From assembly GCA_016192705.1 (NCBI GenBank), contig JACPTQ010000049.1, forward strand, positions 2,180-66,179: a stretch of 64,000 bases of DNA. Reading direction: 5' to 3'. This document shows positions 57,962 through 64,000 of the stretch, piece by piece. The notes under the pieces are model-generated. The model made no database searches. It was not told the origin of the DNA and was given only the letters and a program-made list of their open reading frames with translations. Origin of the DNA: Deltaproteobacteria bacterium (GTDB lineage Bacteria > Myxococcota > JACPTQ01). Within the stretch, counting starts at the first letter, position 1, and the number at the start of each line of letters is the position of its first letter. A program made the translations under genes and the position numbers.

Positions 57962-58411
57962 TTATACCATAAGTCCGGTTTGCGGTTCAACGCCTTCCTG
58001 CGGGTAATGGCTGACGGCGACGCGATTCCCCTCAGGGTCCCGAAAATACAAGGAAAAATCTGTGTTCGCCTCAACAGGAACGCCCATGTCGGCGAGACGG
58101 CGTTCGAACGCGACGCGCTCTCCGGGCGCCACTCGAAACGCCAAAAGGAACGGTCCCAGCCCAACGCCGAGAACGCGCCTTGCCTTGTCGTCCGTGCGCT
58201 CAATCATTAACGTCGCACCCCCACCCACGTTAAGCCAGATCGAACGAAGTTTTCCAGCGGCGTCGGGGTGCCGCGCGATTTCGGCAAGTCCAAACGTGTC
58301 GCGGTAAAACGCCGCGACGCCCGCGACGTCGTGCGCGCCCAGCGCGAGGTGGTGGATTTTGGACAGTGACGCGCCCGAATGAATAAGACCGTCGTTGTCG
58401 ACGTCTAACAT
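57962..58411 (-). CDS. VOC/glyoxalase family protein
   Basis: IHHLALGAHDV...FYRDTFGL, SLYFRDPEGNRV. True start probably ~58366. Confidence 0.85.
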   Translation of the reverse strand: MLDVDNDGLIHSGASLSKIHHLALGAHDVAGVAAFYRDTFGLAEIARHPDAAGKLRSIWLNVGGGATLMIERTDDKARRVLGVGLGPFLLAFRVAPGERVAFERRLADMGVPVEANTDFSLYFRDPEGNRVAVSHYPQEGVEPQTGLMV

Positions 58412-58464
58412 CGTGTGGGACCATTACCGCAAATCGGGGGGCACGTTAAGAGGGAGGAGACTCG

Positions 58465-59031
58465 ATGATCTACGGCCGTTTTTTCAATCTCGTGGGGATC
58501 GCGACGATTGCCGCTTCCGCCGGGTCGGCGAACGCGGCCGGGACCGCGTCCGACCGCGAGGATTGGATGATCCAGGCGCTCACGGGAACCTTCCGTCCGC
58601 ACGACCGTTACAGCGCGAAGTCGTTTTCGCTCCTCGTGCTAAAGCGCGACAAGATTTACCACTTCGAAAAAGACGCGTCGTGCAACGCACGCGCGCGCGC
58701 GTCGTGCCCAGCAGGGGAGTCGAAGACGGGCGGTTTCTCCGTGAAGAAAAAGGGCGCGCAAATTGAGCTCACGCTCGCGCTGACAAAGGGCGGAAGCCGG
58801 GTTTATCTGGTGACGCCGATCGACAAGCCCGGGTCGTACGCGCTTTCGATGAAGCCGGCGTCGGGAATGACGATACAGCTCTTTCGCGCGAAGAAGGTCT
58901 CGGAGTTTTGGTGCGAGCACAAGAAAGACTGCGAAAAGCAGGGGATGCCGCGGCTCTGCGAGGGCGGGCCGTCGGAGCTCTCGTGCGCGCGAAATCGATG
59001 CGCGGCGAAGTGCCTGCCGATGGGCGATTGA
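58465..59031 (+). CDS. Secreted hypothetical protein with Cys-rich C-terminus
   Basis: SD GGAGGAG, signal peptide, WCEHKKDC...C...C...C. Confidence 0.75.
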   Translation: MIYGRFFNLVGIATIAASAGSANAAGTASDREDWMIQALTGTFRPHDRYSAKSFSLLVLKRDKIYHFEKDASCNARARASCPAGESKTGGFSVKKKGAQIELTLALTKGGSRVYLVTPIDKPGSYALSMKPASGMTIQLFRAKKVSEFWCEHKKDCEKQGMPRLCEGGPSELSCARNRCAAKCLPMGD

Positions 59032-59037
59032 AACTCT

Positions 59038-59409
59038 GTGAACGGCTGGTTTGTCGCGGCGGCCGCGGTGTCCGTAGTGGCATTCGGCATTCATTTCTTT
59101 TTGGGCGGGCGAGACACCGCACGGCCGCTCCTTGCGGCGTCGGACATCGAACCAACCGCAAAATTCACGCACTACTTCGGTTGGCATATCATTTCGATCA
59201 TCCTCGTTGCGATGCCGGTCGGGTTTATTATGGCCGCGTTTCGGATCGAGTCGCGCGCGCTCGCCTGGATGATGACGGCGCTCGCCGTGAGCTTCGCGAT
59301 CTGGAACCTTGCGCTTATCGCGTGGAAATATCGCTATCCGTGGCGGCTTCCTCAGTGGACTCTGTTTCTTCCGATCTCGGCGTTGGGCGCAATCGGGCTC
59401 ATCGTATAA
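59038..59409 (+). CDS. Small four-TM membrane protein
   Basis: Hydrophobic segments, IHFFLGG, YFGWH, LPQW. Confidence 0.75.
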   Translation: MNGWFVAAAAVSVVAFGIHFFLGGRDTARPLLAASDIEPTAKFTHYFGWHIISIILVAMPVGFIMAAFRIESRALAWMMTALAVSFAIWNLALIAWKYRYPWRLPQWTLFLPISALGAIGLIV

Positions 59410-59416
59410 ACCGACG

Positions 59417-60388
59417 TCAGTTGGAGACGCCGACACGCTCGCCGATGCGCACGCGGACTTCGTAGCCAGCTGCGGCGTGGCGAACGAGGTCGTCGTCGAA
59501 GGCGATGCGGTTTTTCGGAAAGAGGACGACCAGCGTTGAGCCACCGAAGCGAAAGCGGCTTTTCTCGTCGCCTTTTTTCACGGTGCGCCCGGGATTAAAA
59601 ACCGATTCGATCGAACTGATGAGAAAACCGCCGACGTCAACAAGCGCGAGGCGGCCAAAGCGTGCGGAGTCGAACGTCGTCACGGTGCGCTGGTTGCGCG
59701 TGAAAAATGTCGGGTTCAACCTCCGTTCCGTCGGTCTCCCCATTTTCGCCGCGCACGAAAGCCGCTGGCTTTCGCACCTTTGCGGCGAATATAAAGCGAT
59801 GTCGTTGCCCGGGAGCGGGCTCACCGAATAGTAGGCGCCGGGAACGAGTCGCGGAACGCCGGGAACGCCGTCACATGGAAAGTAGAGGCGGTGGCAATCG
59901 GCGAGATAGAGGCGAAAGATGGCCGCGGCGCCGCCTTCGAACGCCGAAGCGAGCTCTGCGTCGTCGAGAAGCTCGGCGAGCGTGAACCGGACGCCTTTCA
60001 CGTCGAGTCGCGCGCCCTCGTGAAGCGAGGGGAAGACCTGGAGTTTAGAATCCGCAGGCGACGCAAAAACGTTTGGGTCGCGATCGAACGGGCGCAGCTC
60101 CGGCTTGAGTCGCCGCGTAAAAAAATCGTTGAACGACTTGAAGCCACCCGGCGGGACGATCATCTCGGACATGTCGATCCCCGCGCGGGCGGCGAAGCGT
60201 GCGATGAGGCGTCGCGAGTGGGCGCTGTCGGCATAGCGCTCGACGGCGCGGTGGAGCGCGCGCGATTCGAAAACGAGCGGTTGTAGTCGCCGCCCCAACG
60301 CGTTCGTCATCATGAAACGAAAAAACGGTCCCAACGCAATCGACTCGTCGGTCACGTCGAGCGTGTGCCGATCGATGATGCCACCCAT
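59417..60388 (-). CDS. psd: Phosphatidylserine decarboxylase carrying a 28-aa repeat-derived insertion
   Basis: FKSFNDFFTRRLKP, SPADS, FRLYLADCHR, FRFGGST cleavage motif. ATG overlaps the sulfatase stop. Confidence 0.9.
   Translation of the reverse strand: MGGIIDRHTLDVTDESIALGPFFRFMMTNALGRRLQPLVFESRALHRAVERYADSAHSRRLIARFAARAGIDMSEMIVPPGGFKSFNDFFTRRLKPELRPFDRDPNVFASPADSKLQVFPSLHEGARLDVKGVRFTLAELLDDAELASAFEGGAAAIFRLYLADCHRLYFPCDGVPGVPRLVPGAYYSVSPLPGNDIALYSPQRCESQRLSCAAKMGRPTERRLNPTFFTRNQRTVTTFDSARFGRLALVDVGGFLISSIESVFNPGRTVKKGDEKSRFRFGGSTLVVLFPKNRIAFDDDLVRHAAAGYEVRVRIGERVGVSN
59708..59791. repeat. Palindromic repeat family C, in frame inside psd
   Basis: Minus strand TATTCGCCGCAAAGGTGCGAAAGCCAGCGGCTTTCGTGCGCGGCGAAAATGGGGAGACCGACGGAACGGAG. 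Confidence 0.75.
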
Positions 60389-62277
60389 TAGTCTCTTCCT
60401 TTCGTCGTCGCTGGGCGATTCTCGAACGCGAACCACTCGGCGAGCCGCCCACGCAGCGCGCGCAGAACGGCCGGCTCGGTGCGAATCAGATTCCGCGACT
60501 CGCCGGAATCGCCATCGAGCCGAAAAAGTTCCTCAGCGCCACCGCGCCACAACACATACTTGCAACGCCCCCACGTTACCGACACCACGCGATCGAGAAC
60601 AATTGAAAACGCTGGGCGAGATGCTTGGGGCGTCGACAGCGAATTCGGCGTCTTCATCTTATAGAGGTCCCTGAGCCCATTCACGAGATCGACGGTCGAC
60701 ACCGTTGCATCAACGATCTGCCCCCCGCCTCCGCTACCGCTCCCGCATCCGCCACCGCAGGGGATTTCAACGCCAAGACGCAAAGTCGCAAAGCCTGAAC
60801 CCTCTTCCCTTTGCGTCTCCGCGTCTTTGCGTTGATCTCTTCTCCCGCTCCCGCTACCGCTCGTCCCCCACGTCCCCACAATAAACGGCACGCGCACCAA
60901 CTCCTCATACACCGTATGCGCATGACCGACCGACCCGTGCTCCCAAAACTCTTCACCGTGGTCCGCCGTGATGACAACAAGTGTCTCCTTCGCAAGCCCC
61001 ATCGCATCCAGCGCCTTCATCAACTCTCCAAACGCGAAGTCGGTGTACTCGACCGCGCCGTCGTACAGCGCGTGCAAGAACGCTCGATCGCGTTCGCCAA
61101 GACGCAGCGCGCGGGTCTTAATAAGGTCGAGCTGGTCGCCGGTTTTCGCCGGCACCAATGGGCCGACGTATCGCCCTGGAAAAAACCGCGACCAGAAGCG
61201 GCGCGGCGGATTGTACGGTACGTGCGGGTCGACAGGCTGCATGTGCAAGAAAAACGGTTTTCTATCCGCCTTCGCGCGAAGCCACTTGAGCGCGATGTCG
61301 TTCAACCGCTCCGCGCGATACGGACGCCCTTCGCGAAGCGGGTTCCTCACAAAGTCGAAGCCGCGAACAAAGCCGTGCTGCGCGGCGATGTAGCCGTTTG
61401 CGACCACCGCCGCCGTTGCGTGCCCGGCGGCGCGAAACTGCTCGGCCATCGTCGGCATCGCCTTTGTCGCTGGGAGTTTGTCGTCGTGCGCGTTGCACCC
61501 ATGCGCGCCCGGGTAGAGCCCCGTGAGGAGCGTCGCGATCGTCGGCTTCGACCAAGACGATGTCGCAACCGCGCGCTCGAAGCGAACGCCGTTTGCCGCA
61601 ATGCGGTCGAAGTTCGGCGTCTTGACACGGTGAAGCGCGCGCCCCACATGGTCGGCTCGGAGCGTGTCGACGACATAGAAGAGAACATTGGGCAACGCGG
61701 TGATCCCCGCAAACGGATTCACAGGCGATGCGGGAACCGCGCATTCCGCCAGGGGCGGCGCCGCGCTCGGCACCTCAGATGGAACAGAGGCAAGCGAGAC
61801 TGCGGCAAACGGCTGGCCGGTCACGAGTTTTCCCCGTTGACGTCGCGTGGCACCCATCACGGCCCGGAACTTTCGCCCACCCGAAAAATCAAACCCGATC
61901 TCTTGGCGCCCCGCCTTTGTCTCGGGGAGTGCGATCTCGACGCGCGCTGATTCGCGCGGCAACGCACCGGTAAAAACCACGGCTCGATTCCAGAACACCG
62001 TGACGCGCGCAACCGACGAAACCAATCGCCGCCATTCAAGCACGAGTTTTTCGCCCTTCGCGATCGACCCGGTTTCAACAAACAGCTCCGCCTGACGTCG
62101 AACGGCAACCCAATCACCCGATGCGCCGAGCGACCAGCCCGTGTGAAACCCGCCGAGCGCCGCGCGCGCCGTACGCCGTGTTTTTTCTGCGCCCGCATCC
62201 GCGCCCGCATCCGCAACCGCTCCCGCCACGGACAACCAACAAACAAACCCCCGCAGAGCGACCCACATCGGCCGCAT
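60388..62277 (-). CDS. Sulfatase-family hydrolase
   Basis: NVLFYVVDTLRADH, SSWSKPTIATLLTG, DPHVPY, TADHGEEFWEHG, YEELVRVP. Confidence 0.9.
   Translation of the reverse strand: MRPMWVALRGFVCWLSVAGAVADAGADAGAEKTRRTARAALGGFHTGWSLGASGDWVAVRRQAELFVETGSIAKGEKLVLEWRRLVSSVARVTVFWNRAVVFTGALPRESARVEIALPETKAGRQEIGFDFSGGRKFRAVMGATRRQRGKLVTGQPFAAVSLASVPSEVPSAAPPLAECAVPASPVNPFAGITALPNVLFYVVDTLRADHVGRALHRVKTPNFDRIAANGVRFERAVATSSWSKPTIATLLTGLYPGAHGCNAHDDKLPATKAMPTMAEQFRAAGHATAAVVANGYIAAQHGFVRGFDFVRNPLREGRPYRAERLNDIALKWLRAKADRKPFFLHMQPVDPHVPYNPPRRFWSRFFPGRYVGPLVPAKTGDQLDLIKTRALRLGERDRAFLHALYDGAVEYTDFAFGELMKALDAMGLAKETLVVITADHGEEFWEHGSVGHAHTVYEELVRVPFIVGTWGTSGSGSGRRDQRKDAETQREEGSGFATLRLGVEIPCGGGCGSGSGGGGQIVDATVSTVDLVNGLRDLYKMKTPNSLSTPQASRPAFSIVLDRVVSVTWGRCKYVLWRGGAEELFRLDGDSGESRNLIRTEPAVLRALRGRLAEWFAFENRPATTKGRD
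60763..60846. repeat. Palindromic repeat family B (diverged), in frame inside the sulfatase gene
   Basis: GATTTCAACGCCAAGACGCAAAG...CTTTGCGTCTCCGCGTCTTTGCGTTGATCTCTTCTCCC, flanked by hexamer tracts. Confidence 0.85.
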
Positions 62278-62339
62278 TATTTCGCGAGCAGTGGTGCGAA
62301 AGCCAGTGGCTTGAGCACGCGAGCGAAATGGGGAGCCCC
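62278..62339. repeat. Palindromic repeat family C, intergenic copy
   Basis: TATTTCGCGAGCAGTGGTGCGAAAGCCAGTGGCTTGAGCACGCGAGCGAAATGGGGAG. Confidence 0.7.
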
Positions 62340-62506
62340 TGTTTACAGAGGGCGACCCAACCTATTAACAGGCTGTAGGCTTCGCGCGCACATCCACCTT
62401 CGCCACCGTACCTTAATCCAAGAGAGCGACCGACGTTCTAAACGAGAACATTGGATCTATGTCCGCGCGTCTCCTGATATCACGCGGGATCACGCACATT
62501 TCAATA

Positions 62507-62522
62507 TGGCACGTGCGTCGCA
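62507..62522 (+). promoter_or_regulatory. Sigma54 -24/-12 promoter candidate
   Basis: TGGCACGTGCGTCGCA (GG-N10-GC), about 55 bp upstream of GTG 62578. Confidence 0.55.
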
Positions 62523-62577
62523 GTGCTACGTCGCGATGCTACAGGGTGGTGGCACGTGTTCTTTAGAGGGAGGAACC

Positions 62578-64000
62578 GTGAAAACTAAGATCGAAAATAA
62601 AAAAGTGGGTCGCAGGTTCACCTACACGATCCTCTTATTGGTGGTTGCAACGAGCCAGCTCGGCGGTTCGTGCGACGTCAAGAAGAAGGTCGTGTCGGAG
62701 GTCTGGGTCAAGGTCACCCACGCGACCGACGACGCCGAGCGCCTTATGGACCTCGACAAGATCAAGAAGTTGCAAATCTTCGCCAAGAGTTCGACCACGC
62801 CCCTGATTCTCGACCCAACCAGCCCGGCCTGCCAGAAAACAAACTACGCGCCGCCCAATCAAGCTTACGACGGCTTCACGTCGGAGTGCATCGACACCGA
62901 CTTCAATGGCGAGACGGATTTTAGCGTTCAGTTCCATTCGAACCCGCTCCGCGGCGGTAACGACTTCGGCTTTCCGCTTCGAAACGATTCGACGGACTCG
63001 ATTCCATTTGGATTGACCGTGCGCCTCCAGGGCGACAAGACCGACACGCTGCAAACGCTCTCCGCCATTACGTGTGACAGCGGCGCCCCCATTCACTTCA
63101 GTCGCGAGCTTTGCGTCGTCACATTCAATTTCAAGTGCGAACCGGGCGTTACGTGCAAAATCGTTCCCAAGAAACCCCTCATTCCGCCACTCGAAGCACG
63201 ACGGTTCTGGGTCGGAATCGAGAGCCGGATCGTCGTTGCGCCGTACGACTTGAACGGCGATACCGACCTTCCAGTCACGGCGTTGATGAAGGGCGCGAAC
63301 GACGGGGCGCTTCGACCCCTCAGCGACTTCGGCGCGAAGCTCGTCCTCAGCGAGCAACTTTCGCCATCGCCCGGCCCGCCGATGTGGAATTTCATTTGGA
63401 CGCCAACAAACGACCATCTCGTTGCGACGCCGTACGAAGTTCAATTTCGGGTATCGGATCCATCAAACCTGTTTTCGACGACCAGCGTTGCGATAACCAT
63501 CGAGGAGAACGCTTCGCCTTGGTTCCCGCGACCTTTTGGCCGGCAACAGCTTCGCGCGAACGACGAACTTACGGTTCGCTTCCCGCTGCCCACGGATCCA
63601 GAAGATCAGGATGTCGAGGTTTCGATCGATTGGAATTCGTCGAGGCTCCCACCAACCGCAGCGCAGACCGACCTCTCGGTTGAGCGAATTAACTTCGAAT
63701 GGGTTTTCAAGTGGAAGACGAAGTTCGGCCAAGAGAATGAAAACGAATGGCAGGTCGTTTTTGCGCTGAACGATGGTTACAACGTTGCGAAAGAGATCGG
63801 CCTCGTCAAGATCGACAAGGTGTCGCAACCGCCGCGTTGTCCCGCCGTTACGAGCGACGGTTTTACGATGGGGATCGCGGACGAAACTCTTCTGAGCTTC
63901 CAGGGGAGCGACCCGGACGGCGACACGATTCAGTACTCGGCGGATTTCCGGGAGTTGCTGAAGTACGCCACAGTGCAAGCTGGCCCCACTCGTTATCAAA
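62578..64000 (+). CDS. Large lipoprotein with cadherin/Ig-like domains, truncated by the window end (absent from the ORF track)
   Basis: SD GGAGG plus GTG. MKTKIENKK...LLLVVATSQLGGSC leader. Later ATDPEDQD and GSDPDGDTIQY Ca-binding-like motifs. No stop codon seen. Confidence 0.8.
   Translation, partial: MKTKIENKKVGRRFTYTILLLVVATSQLGGSCDVKKKVVSEVWVKVTHATDDAERLMDLDKIKKLQIFAKSSTTPLILDPTSPACQKTNYAPPNQAYDGFTSECIDTDFNGETDFSVQFHSNPLRGGNDFGFPLRNDSTDSIPFGLTVRLQGDKTDTLQTLSAITCDSGAPIHFSRELCVVTFNFKCEPGVTCKIVPKKPLIPPLEARRFWVGIESRIVVAPYDLNGDTDLPVTALMKGANDGALRPLSDFGAKLVLSEQLSPSPGPPMWNFIWTPTNDHLVATPYEVQFRVSDPSNLFSTTSVAITIEENASPWFPRPFGRQQLRANDELTVRFPLPTDPEDQDVEVSIDWNSSRLPPTAAQTDLSVERINFEWVFKWKTKFGQENENEWQVVFALNDGYNVAKEIGLVKIDKVSQPPRCPAVTSDGFTMGIADETLLSFQGSDPDGDTIQYSADFRELLKYATVQAGPTRYQ

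Noticed and set aside
62550-62565. Second TGGCACGTG as another sigma54 promoter
   Set aside because: Lacks the GC at the -12 position.
5068-63999. Many long antisense or alternate-frame ORFs (e.g. 8214-9446, 16211-17377, 32738-33901, 62635-63444)
   Set aside because: Shadow ORFs expected in high-GC coding DNA. They overlap genes that have clear family motifs.

Overview
GC-rich bacterial DNA, most likely from a Myxococcota/Deltaproteobacteria-like organism (an AgmX-like protein and Cys-rich lipoproteins point that way; this is inference). The left half (~0.5-31 kb) is an accessory island ending at the 3' end of tRNA-Arg(ACG). It has a phage-satellite/PICI-like core: tyrosine integrase, excisionase, primase-polymerase, DUF3987 protein, TubC-N-like protein and TerS-like HTH. 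Its defence cargo is an unusual BREX operon: brxE-brxA-brxB-brxC(frameshifted)-split pglX-[RelA/SpoT synthetase]-pglZ-brxL. Beyond the operon lie a UPF1-like helicase and a convergent FHA-WYL pair, which share a 17-bp operator with PafBC-like promoter spacing. The right half is mostly housekeeping and envelope genes (serS, thiolase, pssA-like, octaheme cytochrome c, VTT-ApbE fusion, beta-propeller protein, mltG, ruvX, CoA transferase, psd, sulfatase). It carries at least three families of short palindromic repeats, two of which sit in frame inside five protein-coding genes. All calls come from reading motifs by eye; no database search was run.
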